Below the pieces are notes generated by a model, which saw only the letters and a program-made list of their open reading frames with translations, was not told the origin of the DNA and did not search any database. Shown piece after piece: positions 29,922 through 38,958 of a stretch of 64,000 bases of DNA. Source of the DNA: a virus. Position 1 is the first letter of the stretch. Each line of letters opens with the position of its first letter. The DNA lies in IMG/VR virus record IMGVR_UViG_3300005340_000003, positions 1 through 64,000 of that record; one strand, given 5' to 3'. Position numbers and translations under genes: made by a program.

Positions 29922-30817
29922 CGCTTGAGGGTTCGCGCAGAGATTACCGGCGAGTATGCGCTGAGTGTGCCGGCAGCATTTTGAGATTGCACGCGGAAAA
30001 AATACGTTCGGTCCCGGCGCAGTCCGGTGTTCGAGTAATAGGAATTGGAAGTGGTCGCAACATATTTGTTGTCTCGCTCCACACGGACCGTCACGGCCTC
30101 GGGCGGGGCGTCCCACCTGATGTCTATCCTGCTCGCGCTGATAACCGTTGCTCGGAGGTTCGTCGGCGCAGCCGGCACTGTAGGCACCGCTACAGTAAAC
30201 GCGGTATCCGGTCCATCCGTCCAGAGGCCGGAAGCGTTCTGAACGGCGAGGTGGCACCTCCACTGCCCGGCAGGAGCGTCAGCCGGAACAATCCAGGTTC
30301 CGGTGAAGTTCACGGTCTGTCCAGGCTGCACGCTGACATTGATTACCTCCGGAGAAAAGTCGTCGAACGGTCCTCCGGTATTTGTCGCTCCAGGACGCCG
30401 AGCGGTGATAACGGATTTCGCCGCGATGAAAACCGTGGTGGTGTCGTTCTTGAGGGTCGCGTTTGCGGTGATAGTCTGCCCTCGATTAAAAATGGTCGAA
30501 TTCAGGACAGGAACACTCAAGACGATATTCCCGGACGCGGGCGGTGGCGGAGAATACGCGAGGACGTTGCTCTGCGGGGATTCGCCGGCTGAATTGAAGG
30601 CCGTCACGTAATACTGATATTGATTCGGATTCGAGACGGAGACCGTCACGGGTGGCGACGTTGGCGAAACTACCACGGCAAACGGAGCGGAATTGACGGC
30701 CTGATAAAGCCGGTAGCCGTCCGCGTTCGACACGGTGTCCCAAGTGAGCGTGAGGCTATCCGACTGTGCGACGAAGCTGCACAGGCCGGCCAGTAGTGCG
30801 ATTAGTTGCTTTTTCAT
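29918..30817 (-). CDS. Secreted fibronectin type III / Ig-like domain protein
   Basis: Signal peptide MKKQLIALLAGLCSFVAQS; LTWD...GYRLY...YYVTAFNSAGES; PAAPTNL...W...TYFFRVQSQN. Confidence 0.8.
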   Translation of the reverse strand: MKKQLIALLAGLCSFVAQSDSLTLTWDTVSNADGYRLYQAVNSAPFAVVVSPTSPPVTVSVSNPNQYQYYVTAFNSAGESPQSNVLAYSPPPPASGNIVLSVPVLNSTIFNRGQTITANATLKNDTTTVFIAAKSVITARRPGATNTGGPFDDFSPEVINVSVQPGQTVNFTGTWIVPADAPAGQWRCHLAVQNASGLWTDGPDTAFTVAVPTVPAAPTNLRATVISASRIDIRWDAPPEAVTVRVERDNKYVATTSNSYYSNTGLRRDRTYFFRVQSQNAAGTLSAYSPVISARTLKR

Positions 30818-31362
30818 TATGCGTTGGTTAGTTGATGGTAACGTGAGAGAAAAGTGTGTTCGACAGAATCGAAATCGAATCGTCGGTAATCCGACATGAG
30901 TTTGAAATCCCAATGCCATTTTACCGGAGGAATAACACGCGGAACGTCACCGGGATGGTCTGGAAAAAAATACTCGTGCTCCAGGAAAAGTGCCGCTGCG
31001 TCCGCTTGCTTGACTTGCTCGTGAAACGGAAATTCAAAGTTGAGGGCGTCAGCGATTGTTTTCATTAGCCGGTGTTCGATGATTTGATATTCCGGCATGT
31101 CGTTTTTTACCGGTTTCGCGATGTCGGAGAGTCCGAGTCCTTCACTCGCATCGTGCAGTAGTGCAGCCCGCGCATGCTCGGGTTCCACCATAAAAGAAAC
31201 GTGGATCGAGTGAAGACCGACTGAATAAAATCCTGGGAGGTGCCCATTCCATCGGCAGAGTCGAGAAAGTGTGTGGGCTATGTCTTCGATCCGAATGTCC
31301 GAGGGTTCTGCATCGAGGGGGTAAAATGGATCACCTGAAAATGTTCTAATGTATTCGCTCAT
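30817..31362 (-). CDS. HD-domain phosphohydrolase (YfbR/YfdR-like nucleotidase)
   Basis: DIAHTLS...R.NGH...YSVGLHS...LLHDASE...KQAD. Confidence 0.85.
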   Translation of the reverse strand: MSEYIRTFSGDPFYPLDAEPSDIRIEDIAHTLSRLCRWNGHLPGFYSVGLHSIHVSFMVEPEHARAALLHDASEGLGLSDIAKPVKNDMPEYQIIEHRLMKTIADALNFEFPFHEQVKQADAAALFLEHEYFFPDHPGDVPRVIPPVKWHWDFKLMSDYRRFDFDSVEHTFLSRYHQLTNA

Positions 31363-31376
31363 GGTTTATTTTTAGC

Positions 31377-31574
31377 CTACACGTCCTCCGGTGTGCTCAC
31401 AACTTCTATTCGGAGGATTTGAAAAGTCGTTTTTCGATACTGTCTCTCACGAGGTTTCAACACCTTGTCCCGATACCAAAGAGCGCCATCGAGGGTTTGA
31501 TGGTCCGACCCCACAATAAAAGGTTTTTCATCTTTGTTTGTGGCCTCAACTTGCCAGTATGTTCGAACGATCAT
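31377..31574 (-). CDS. Hypothetical protein
   Basis: 65-aa ORF. Confidence 0.55.
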   Translation of the reverse strand: MIVRTYWQVEATNKDEKPFIVGSDHQTLDGALWYRDKVLKPRERQYRKTTFQILRIEVVSTPEDV

Positions 31575-31788
31575 AAAAAGTTGCCGGTTACGTCTCCGGC
31601 TCCCGCCGTTGATAGACGGGACGATTTAATATTTGCCGCGTATCGTTAGCGTGCCCACGGCTATGTTTTTCTGTTGAATCGGCGACATCTTTTACCCGAT
31701 GCCGATAGCCCGATCCCTTCACCGGCTGATTTGTCCCGGTTATCGACCGGAGCCGGTTCGAAATTGCGTGCCGTCCCTCTCTTAGAAA

Positions 31789-32022
31789 TCACTTCCGTTG
31801 TCTCCGTTCCAGGAGTGCCGTAATTGCGAGAGCTACTCCGGCGAACGCCAGGATGCCTCCAAGGAAAACCACCACCAGCCCGAGGCTAATCCAAAGCGGA
31901 GACAGCACCCACCACCAGGACCAGTCGATTACGTGACAAAGTTTCAGGGTGATAAAAACGATGGTGAGAAGTCCTCCGAAACTGATTCCTCCGCTTGACG
32001 CTTGTGTTTTTGTGTCGCTCAT
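31789..32022 (-). CDS. Small membrane protein
   Basis: [24 protein letters not shown], a common phage TM motif. Confidence 0.8.
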   Translation of the reverse strand: MSDTKTQASSGGISFGGLLTIVFITLKLCHVIDWSWWWVLSPLWISLGLVVVFLGGILAFAGVALAITALLERRQRK

Positions 32023-32591
32023 AGTTTTGCTGTTACGATTCCGGTTTGTGATTGATACTTTCCTTTTTTGTCCGCGTAACTGACATCGCAGCCGCCAGCG
32101 TCACCTCGGAAGAAAAGCACCTGGGCGATGCCTTCGTTAGCGTAGATTTTCGCCGGCAATGGAGTTGTGTTTGAAATCTCCAGGGTGACGAAGCCTTCCC
32201 ACTCGGGCTCGAAGGGTGTCACGTTGACGATGATCCCGCACCGGGCGTATGTCGATTTGCCGAGGCATACCGTAATCAGGTCGCGAGGAATTCGAAAATA
32301 CTCCACACTCACGCCGAGGGCGAAACTGTTCGGCGGGATGATTACGTATTCTTCCGTCTGCACGGTAACGAATGCCTCGTCCTTGAAAGCCTTCGGATCG
32401 ACAAGGGTGCCGTGGACGTTGGTGAAAATCTTAAACTCATTCCCGATGCGGATGTCATATCCGTAGCTGCTCAAACCGTAGGATATTTTCCCGTCGCGCA
32501 CTTGATGATCCACGAAGGGGTCAATCATCGGCTTAAAGTTGCCGGAGGTAAAACATCGGGCGGTTATTTGATGGTCGGCGAGGACGCTCAT
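32019..32591 (-). CDS. dcd: dCTP deaminase
   Basis: [41 protein letters not shown]. Confidence 0.95.
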   Translation of the reverse strand: MSVLADHQITARCFTSGNFKPMIDPFVDHQVRDGKISYGLSSYGYDIRIGNEFKIFTNVHGTLVDPKAFKDEAFVTVQTEEYVIIPPNSFALGVSVEYFRIPRDLITVCLGKSTYARCGIIVNVTPFEPEWEGFVTLEISNTTPLPAKIYANEGIAQVLFFRGDAGGCDVSYADKKGKYQSQTGIVTAKL

Positions 32592-32782
32592 ACGCTCATG
32601 TCTTCGTGTTTTTCTTGTGTGCGATTGAATCGACGACCGGGATGGTGACTCGTTCGCCCTTTTCGTTGATGAATTCTCCGGCCTCCTGGTTGCCTTCACC
32701 GGGCCAGAACGGATTCTGGCCGAGTGAATCTTCCGGGCGACCTTCGATTTTGTTTCCTGGTTTTTTCTTTCTGCTCATATTT

Positions 32783-33025
32783 TTAGAACGGGTTGTCATC
32801 GGGTTTCTTTCGAAAATAAATGAAAAGGTCTCCGGTATCGTCGGTGGTTAAAACTGTGTCCCAACCAAGTAAGCCGGCTGTTGCAACGCGCTCCCGCAAG
32901 GACTTCAATTCCCACCCGTTGCTGAGTTTGTCCTTCGGGTATCTCCACAAGAGTCTGGTGCGCGGAAACTCCACGGAGTATGCCCACGCCTGGGCTCGGG
33001 CGAGAAGTTTTGTGTATGGGTTCAT
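32783..33025 (-). CDS. Hypothetical protein
   Basis: ATGA-coupled ORF MNPYTKLL... Confidence 0.55.
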   Translation of the reverse strand: MNPYTKLLARAQAWAYSVEFPRTRLLWRYPKDKLSNGWELKSLRERVATAGLLGWDTVLTTDDTGDLFIYFRKKPDDNPF

Positions 33026-34038
33026 TGTGCGATCCTGGTAAATTCTTCGAGTGTGTAAATCCGGTTGCTCGGAGACGGGACACTCGGGTCCGACCAGATG
33101 ACTCGAAGTTTGTTGCCGGCGCGTTGTGCCGATAGTTTTTTCGTGAGGTCCGCGTCGAGGGAGTGGGCGAGTTTCTCCGACATATCGCGAAGCTCCGGCG
33201 ACTCTGGCGTGAGCTTGCGCTGCGCGAGTCGGGCGGTCCACGATACAGGCGAACAGAGAATATGCCAGTGTTCGAAACCGCCAGCAGTGAGAGATTTGTA
33301 TTCGTTCGCGAATCGGCAGTTGGTGACGGCGACACGCGCCGGCCCGAGGCCGAGGGACCGGTGGAATACCGACTTCACCCAAATGTCCTGATCGAGTCCG
33401 AAAAGTCCGAAGTCGGTTCCGGTGTTAACCAGGATTTTCTGGTTCGCCAGGGATCGAACCATCAGGCAAAACATTGCCCGCTCGGGAGTAAGTGGATACT
33501 GCTCGTTGATTTCGTTGCGTCCCCACTGGCCGATTGTCTGGAGGGTTTTTCGAATGCCGGGGAGCGCCTTGTTGTCGGCGTCGATCCGAGTATTAAAAAG
33601 GTATTCCGCTAACACATACATCGGGTCCGCGAATCCGAGGACTGTCGCGCCGATACTTTTGGCGACGAAATCCTTGCCGGCGCAAAGCTTGCCGGTGAAG
33701 AAAATTTTCCGTGCAACTGAGGCGTGTGTTGAACTGGTCGCTGGAGGATTAGCGGTGGGAGTAGTTGCCTCAGCTTGCACGGTGGAAGTTAGTTGTGTGA
33801 TCCTACCGACAACCGGCGCGGAGGCCGGCATCGGATCGGCGAAAATCGTTGCGCCGTGACGATCCGTTTGTTGTTTAAACGTGTCAGCGATTTCTTGTTT
33901 GCCCTCGGGCGGCACAACTGCACCGGTAACTTCGGGGTTATTCACGAAGTCAACCAGTCCGCGCAACGTGGCGGCGTCGGTGCCCATGTTGGATTTGTCT
34001 AGGGGCTTCTTCAAGGTCGTATCGGTAAGTTCATTCAT
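33022..34038 (-). CDS. Deoxynucleoside monophosphate kinase with low-complexity N-terminal extension
   Basis: FTGKLCAGKD, FADPM, R..LQ..G..GR, WV, TNCRFANE. Confidence 0.85.
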   Translation of the reverse strand: MNELTDTTLKKPLDKSNMGTDAATLRGLVDFVNNPEVTGAVVPPEGKQEIADTFKQQTDRHGATIFADPMPASAPVVGRITQLTSTVQAEATTPTANPPATSSTHASVARKIFFTGKLCAGKDFVAKSIGATVLGFADPMYVLAEYLFNTRIDADNKALPGIRKTLQTIGQWGRNEINEQYPLTPERAMFCLMVRSLANQKILVNTGTDFGLFGLDQDIWVKSVFHRSLGLGPARVAVTNCRFANEYKSLTAGGFEHWHILCSPVSWTARLAQRKLTPESPELRDMSEKLAHSLDADLTKKLSAQRAGNKLRVIWSDPSVPSPSNRIYTLEEFTRIAQ

Positions 34039-34312
34039 AAAAATTCCATGCTGATCGTATCACCACAAAACACCCAATTTTTTCCACGGCAGTATTCACG
34101 AAAAAGTCCCTGCTCGCGCCAGGAACGATACTCAAAACCGGTTCGGCGCACAACTTCTGTTGCGAATCTTTTATCTCTCTCGCACAGAAAGGATAGGTTC
34201 GTTACGGGAGAAAAGCCGGAGGCGGCTGGTTCGCTCTGCAACTCTCGGGCGGATTTCGGTTGGTTGTTCACGAGCTATGTATCGCCAGTATGCCGCCTGG
34301 AAGGAATGCCAT

Positions 34313-34543
34313 TCAGACACATGAGCGGTTGTCGGTAGTTTGTTCTTCATAAAGTTTCCTCAATCCGCGACGGAGCTTCGCGAGGGCCTCTTGCTCGATC
34401 TGCACGACACGTTGGCGGCTGAGCCCGAGGATGTCGGCGACTTGCTGGTGTGTTCGAAGTTCATAAGGTAGCATCGGATTTTTCACTGATCTAGCGGCTT
34501 TATCCGGTCGGTGCCGGATTCGGTATATTTCATTATCGTCCAT
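34313..34543 (-). CDS. Stand-alone sigma70 region-4-like HTH protein
   Basis: RTHQQVADILGLSRQRVVQIEQEALAKLR. Confidence 0.8.
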   Translation of the reverse strand: MDDNEIYRIRHRPDKAARSVKNPMLPYELRTHQQVADILGLSRQRVVQIEQEALAKLRRGLRKLYEEQTTDNRSCV

Positions 34544-34617
34544 TGTCGTTCTTGTTGAAAAGTCCGATGATGAAAGCCACGAGACCGATAAGCAAAATGA
34601 AAAATATGGCTGTCACA

Positions 34618-34974
34618 TTAGCATCCCCTGCATCCGTCGTCGATGTCCTCGGGCGCTTCCGGCTCAGGCCGAGCCATATCCGGATGATCCCACTCGTGCC
34701 GAAGATTCGTCACGGTGCCTGGATAAAGGACCATCCAAAATCGTTTGCCTGGAGTGACGCCGTGATCGAGAAAAGGATCGACCACTCCGATAGGCTGGAT
34801 CATTTCCGGACACGCGATGACTCTCTCAATGCAGCCGGGAGCGAGAATAACTTTCTGCCCCGGTAAAAGTTTCTCGTCTGAGAAAACTGGCGCGATTGCG
34901 ACGTGAACGGCATCGCGTTGGATGTCATCGTAAGACCGCAGCAATTCTCCGAGCTTAGGTGAGTGTTTCGACAT
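34618..34974 (-). CDS. Conserved phage hypothetical protein
   Basis: RDAVHVAI...GVVDPFL...G.RFW..LYPGTVT.LRH.W.HP. Confidence 0.7.
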   Translation of the reverse strand: MSKHSPKLGELLRSYDDIQRDAVHVAIAPVFSDEKLLPGQKVILAPGCIERVIACPEMIQPIGVVDPFLDHGVTPGKRFWMVLYPGTVTNLRHEWDHPDMARPEPEAPEDIDDGCRGC

Positions 34975-35395
34975 AAGGTGCTCCGAAAATCTGGTGTTCC
35001 GGGGAGGCGAGGTGGGCCTGATAGTTTTTGATGTTCTCTTCGCGACGGCGGATTTCCCGAGTTGCCGCCGTTTGAATGGTGATGAGCGGGTAAATCACTT
35101 CCTTCGTGAAGTTCTCGCGGATGAAATCCACCTGAATTTTCCTGAGTTGCGTCGATGCCATCCGGAAACGGCGAACGGATCGCCTGAGTGCCCGGTGAAC
35201 CCGGTCGATGGGGGTGTGAGTGAACATCGTTTCAATCCGTTGGCCGAGCGACTTCGGCTGCTGTTCGCTGATCCAGTGTGTTTCCCGGCTCCGCATCAGG
35301 TTCCGGCGAAAAGTCCCGGTCATCCGAAGCTTCGGATTCGTTAGCTGCTCCGTCGCTGTTGACGCCGGTATCGTGTCCCTGTCTAGTTTTTGCAT
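34955..35395 (-). CDS. Hypothetical protein
   Basis: 146-aa ORF in the early operon. Confidence 0.55.
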   Translation of the reverse strand: MQKLDRDTIPASTATEQLTNPKLRMTGTFRRNLMRSRETHWISEQQPKSLGQRIETMFTHTPIDRVHRALRRSVRRFRMASTQLRKIQVDFIRENFTKEVIYPLITIQTAATREIRRREENIKNYQAHLASPEHQIFGAPYVETLT

Positions 35396-35621
35396 AACAT
35401 TTATTCCTTCGTTTTAGTTCGTCTGTCAGTGGCAGAATCATTCCGCACCGGCAGACAAAATTCTTCGGATCGGCTGCTCGTGTCAGCCATATTGGTTCGA
35501 TCTGTTCCACTTCGTTGTCTCCCATATCTAGTGACGCAATTTCGAGTCGCGTGCTGCTCTCCGCAACCACGGCAAGGTTGCTGATTGCGGAGGGCTTTCC
35601 AGTTGATTTTCCTCAGTTGCA

Positions 35622-35846
35622 TTATTGGTGAGAGTCGGAGACTTCATCATACATCGAGGGGATAAAAACCTCGGGCGTTTCATTGAAACGCCAATTAGGT
35701 ATGATGTTCGCCCAGGACCAATTCTCCGCACCGTCAACATGGAGGAAAAATCCAGGTTTTTCTTTCGGCATTTCCGGATGATTGAGCGACAGCAAAAGCT
35801 TCTCGATCTCCGCCGCGATGTGTTGTTTTTCTGAGGTGCTGAACAT
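35622..35846 (-). CDS. Hypothetical protein
   Basis: 74-aa ORF MFSTSEKQHIA...HPEMP...WSWANI. Confidence 0.6.
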   Translation of the reverse strand: MFSTSEKQHIAAEIEKLLLSLNHPEMPKEKPGFFLHVDGAENWSWANIIPNWRFNETPEVFIPSMYDEVSDSHQ

Positions 35847-35847
35847 A

Positions 35848-36072
35848 TTATTTTGAGGGTGCGCGGCAGATTGCTACGCCGTGCCCGGTTGAAACGATGA
35901 TGTAGGTGCTGCCGTCAATTTCGACTTTGCTTACTGTCAGGGACGAGGAAAATGTTTGCGACTGAGCCACGACCCGAATTTGCGCGTATTCCTCCGGCAG
36001 CTTCACGTCCGATTGAGGCGTGCAGCCGGCAGCGAGTGCCGCGATTAGTGCGAGGATTTTGATTTTCGTCAT
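35848..36072 (-). CDS. Small lipoprotein
   Basis: MTKIKILALIAALAAG-C lipobox. Confidence 0.7.
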   Translation of the reverse strand: MTKIKILALIAALAAGCTPQSDVKLPEEYAQIRVVAQSQTFSSSLTVSKVEIDGSTYIIVSTGHGVAICRAPSK

Positions 36073-36404
36073 ACGAATTGAGTGGATACTACAGTGATGG
36101 TGACGGCGACACAACTTTGATTGAGACCGTCGCGGATAAATTTCGCGAGGCCGAGGATTTCGTGGGTTTTGTTGTCGGTGGTGAGAATCGACAAAATCCT
36201 CCCATCCTCACGGATGATGATCTTGTTCGGATCGACCCATCCGCCTCGGGTGTCGATCCAAGTGTAACCTCCGAAAAGCTCGCAGGCGAGTTTTTCGATT
36301 TGCTCTCGGAGCGACCACATTTCGTGCGTGGTCGTGTCGAGCAGATCGTTGTTCCTGTCGCGCTCGATGCCGAAGGTGATTTCAGCTTTGATGGATTGGC
36401 TCAT
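36069..36404 (-). CDS. PII/ferredoxin-like fold protein (DUF3574-like; possible SAM lyase)
   Basis: FGGYT...GGW...RE....I...LNQSCV pattern. Confidence 0.4.
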   Translation of the reverse strand: MSQSIKAEITFGIERDRNNDLLDTTTHEMWSLREQIEKLACELFGGYTWIDTRGGWVDPNKIIIREDGRILSILTTDNKTHEILGLAKFIRDGLNQSCVAVTITVVSTQFV

Positions 36405-36405
36405 A

Positions 36406-36774
36406 TTAAAAGGTCCAGTCGTCGCCGGCGATTGTCGGCATTCGATTCGCTTCTCGCACGTTGGCGGAAAAGTTCCACCAGTCTTCGATGGCGCGTTTGG
36501 CGACGGCAAGATGAGTGAGATACTTCCGGCTATCGATGACGGTAGCATCATAATACGGGTTCAGGAAGAATTCCCGAAATTGTTTGATGGCGGCGATTTT
36601 TTTGTCGGGCCGGATGTTTCCCAGGTGAGTAACGAACGGTGCCATTGCCTCGAAAAATCGGGCGACATCCGGATCGAGTGCCGAGGGGCTGATGATGTCC
36701 AGTTCGAAATTATCGATGCCGAGCTTCGTTGCGATGATGGCGTGGACTTCTGCGAGTGTGAGCGTGATTTTCAT
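36406..36774 (-). CDS. Protein with ribosomal bL12 C-terminal-like motif
   Basis: KKIAAIKQFRE...LAVAKRAIE. Confidence 0.5.
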   Translation of the reverse strand: MKITLTLAEVHAIIATKLGIDNFELDIISPSALDPDVARFFEAMAPFVTHLGNIRPDKKIAAIKQFREFFLNPYYDATVIDSRKYLTHLAVAKRAIEDWWNFSANVREANRMPTIAGDDWTF

Positions 36775-37061
36775 TGGCGAGTCTTTCGAACGCTGACGAG
36801 GTTTTCCGCCGTGGCGACTCCGGGCGTTCCGAAACGACCGCCCATATTCAAGGCGACGTATCCGGGAGAAATGATGACTGCGCGTCCGGTGGCATTCTTC
36901 CATTCCTGGCCGTGCATGCCACGACCAGCCGGAACGAGGATTGTCACGCGGTCGCCTGGGCGGATGCTGGCGAGGTAGCGTTTCACGCTGGCGGCGTATT
37001 CACTGCCCATGCTCGCCGCGTCGGTCATTCGTTTTTCCAGTGTCACGGATTCACCACGCAT
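36771..37061 (-). CDS. Hypothetical protein
   Basis: ORF in the early operon; start uncertain. Confidence 0.55.
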   Translation of the reverse strand: MRGESVTLEKRMTDAASMGSEYAASVKRYLASIRPGDRVTILVPAGRGMHGQEWKNATGRAVIISPGYVALNMGGRFGTPGVATAENLVSVRKTRQ

Positions 37062-37261
37062 TCAATCTCAAAGTCTATGCTGTCTTTAAGAGCGCGGAGG
37101 CTTGGGCTGCCAACAATTTTCCTCCCACTGGGAAGCGTTGCACCCCATCGGTAGCAACGCACATACCCATTGGCGGCAATACCTGAACTAACAGTCCATC
37201 GGCTATCCGCCTTCACGCGGAGGCAAGGTTTTTTGAAAATTTCGCAGCCTTTGTATTTCAT
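37043..37261 (-). CDS. Hypothetical protein
   Basis: 72-aa ORF. Confidence 0.55.
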   Translation of the reverse strand: MKYKGCEIFKKPCLRVKADSRWTVSSGIAANGYVRCYRWGATLPSGRKIVGSPSLRALKDSIDFEIECVVNP

Positions 37262-37312
37262 GTTAGCCTTTCAGGTTGCGCCCGATGCTGGCGAGGAGTT
37301 GTTCGGCGGGGA

Positions 37313-37549
37313 TCATCGGGCACCTCCGGTCACGCCGCAGGCGGCGAGAAAAATGTTGCGGTTGAATCGGGGATTGGCGTCGGAGAAAACGTCTGCGAGG
37401 CGGTTTGCCATCCGTTCGATGGTGAAAACCCGGGTGTTGCCCTCAGCAATAGACTGCCCGTCCTGGCCGGGGAGATTGCGAAGTTGAATCGCAGCGTCAT
37501 ATTGGTTCTTGATCGCTGCCGCCACTGCTACGAAGTCTTTTCTGCTCAT
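37313..37549 (-). CDS. Conserved phage early protein
   Basis: MSRKDFVAVA...LADVF...NPRFNR..FLAAC; first ORF after the repeated promoter. Confidence 0.7.
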   Translation of the reverse strand: MSRKDFVAVAAAIKNQYDAAIQLRNLPGQDGQSIAEGNTRVFTIERMANRLADVFSDANPRFNRNIFLAACGVTGGAR

Positions 37550-37566
37550 GATTTTTGTTTTTGTTT

Positions 37567-37641
37567 GGCCGGCGTTTATTCGCTGACCGTGGTTACAACA
37601 TATCAAAACCGCTGGAGTCTGCAACAACTATTTTCAACTTT
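37567..37641 (-). promoter_or_regulatory. Repeated early promoter, copy 2, plus hairpin
   Basis: TTGCAG-N16-TATGTT, then GGTCAGCG-AATAAA-CGCCGGCC. Confidence 0.7.
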
Positions 37642-38254
37642 CTTTGGCTGGTTGTAGAAGTCGTTGCTCAATAGACACTTGCATAACGTTGTCTGCGTTC
37701 GGAATAACTTTCCTCACCTCCGCGATGTCGCCGCAGCCGTAAACCAGGCTCGGATGTGACTTGTCGGCCTCAAACCAAGTGCTTACGACCGTTTTGGTTG
37801 AGTCGAGACTGAGAGGCTCGAAAATGATCGCCTGGGAAGTTCCCAAGCTACTCAGTTTCACAATGCCCTGAAATGCGTTCCGGACGAGGCTACGGGCGGT
37901 GTTGTTGACGATGGACATCAGTTGCGCCGGATTCTCCTTGGCGTTGCGTATAACCGATTCTGGAATGAATGCGGATACTTGCCATCCGATGCGGCCTCTA
38001 CCCGATGGGTCGCTGTTCTCAACACGGATTTGCATAACCTGGGAGCGCAGGTGTTGATAATCCTTTCCCCACTGTTTGATCTCTGCGTTTAAACGAACCT
38101 TTTGGGCGGAGCACCCGTGAAAACGAAAAGTCATCGCGTCGAGTTCCACCTGGAGGCGGATAACATTCGATTTGAGATTCTCGCACTCCGAGAAAAGGTC
38201 GCCGGTCCAGAAATTCCACAGCCAGCGGTGGAGTTTATGAAGAATGTTTTTCAC
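37634..38254 (-). CDS. Hypothetical protein (coiled-coil N-terminal region)
   Basis: Long ORF; GTG start inferred. Confidence 0.55.
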   Translation of the reverse strand: MKNILHKLHRWLWNFWTGDLFSECENLKSNVIRLQVELDAMTFRFHGCSAQKVRLNAEIKQWGKDYQHLRSQVMQIRVENSDPSGRGRIGWQVSAFIPESVIRNAKENPAQLMSIVNNTARSLVRNAFQGIVKLSSLGTSQAIIFEPLSLDSTKTVVSTWFEADKSHPSLVYGCGDIAEVRKVIPNADNVMQVSIEQRLLQPAKES

Positions 38255-38465
38255 TGAGGGTTTCTTTCGCGATGTTGTATGCGTTGGTGATGTTGGACGG
38301 GTAATCGGGTGTGGGGACTCCGATTTCTTTTTGGATTCTCTGGAGCGCGTCACGGAGTTTCAAATCCCGCCATCTCCACATCTCGCAACATTGGGAGGCG
38401 TGCGTCTCGGATACCCGTCGAATAATGTCCCGGATTTCTTCCAGTTCTTCAATGAAAGGTTTCAC
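38235..38465 (-). CDS. Hypothetical protein
   Basis: Coupled 76-aa ORF. Confidence 0.5.
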   Translation of the reverse strand: MKPFIEELEEIRDIIRRVSETHASQCCEMWRWRDLKLRDALQRIQKEIGVPTPDYPSNITNAYNIAKETLSEKHSS

Positions 38466-38656
38466 GATTCGAATACGAGCGTCGTTTCCAATAATCGCTT
38501 AGTCCAGTCCTCGTCAACCCGGCGATAGACCTTGTGAAAATTGCGGGTGTCCTTCGACGGCCAATTGATGTCATCGTAATTGGCCCGCCATTTGGTTGAT
38601 CGTTCCTTGCATCCTTTGCCGGCACCTTGTAGGCCGATGTCGCGTGGGTTGCTCAT
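38462..38656 (-). CDS. Hypothetical protein
   Basis: GAGKG..R...NYDDINW. Confidence 0.55.
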   Translation of the reverse strand: MSNPRDIGLQGAGKGCKERSTKWRANYDDINWPSKDTRNFHKVYRRVDEDWTKRLLETTLVFES

Positions 38657-38958
38657 ATTGCGTTGATTCGTTTAATGGTGAGTAATCGCCAGGAGGGATT
38701 CACGAAGGCCCGAGCGTCCGCTTTGTCTGAATAATACCCCGAGCGAAAAGTGCCAATCTCTGTATCGGCATATACGTTAGTCCAGGCATGAGAGAGTTTC
38801 GCGGGTGGAGCGATGCGGTATTTGAAGACGCTGAAGTTGATCGCCACGAGGGAACGTGGTGTGCGTATCCAGTGCTTTCCTCCGTCGATCCGTTTTCGCT
38901 GAACGTGGACCTGTTTGGAGAATGCCGCGATGATTTCCGAGACGTTGGTGAGTTGCAT
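38653..38958 (-). CDS. Hypothetical protein, YRxKP family (divergent)
   Basis: IIAAF...NFSVFKYRIAP. Confidence 0.55.
   Translation of the reverse strand: MQLTNVSEIIAAFSKQVHVQRKRIDGGKHWIRTPRSLVAINFSVFKYRIAPPAKLSHAWTNVYADTEIGTFRSGYYSDKADARAFVNPSWRLLTIKRINAI

Noticed and set aside
30817-31362. DatZ / 2-aminoadenine (Z-genome) pathway
   Set aside because: No PurZ-like gene is visible; the HD protein alone is insufficient.
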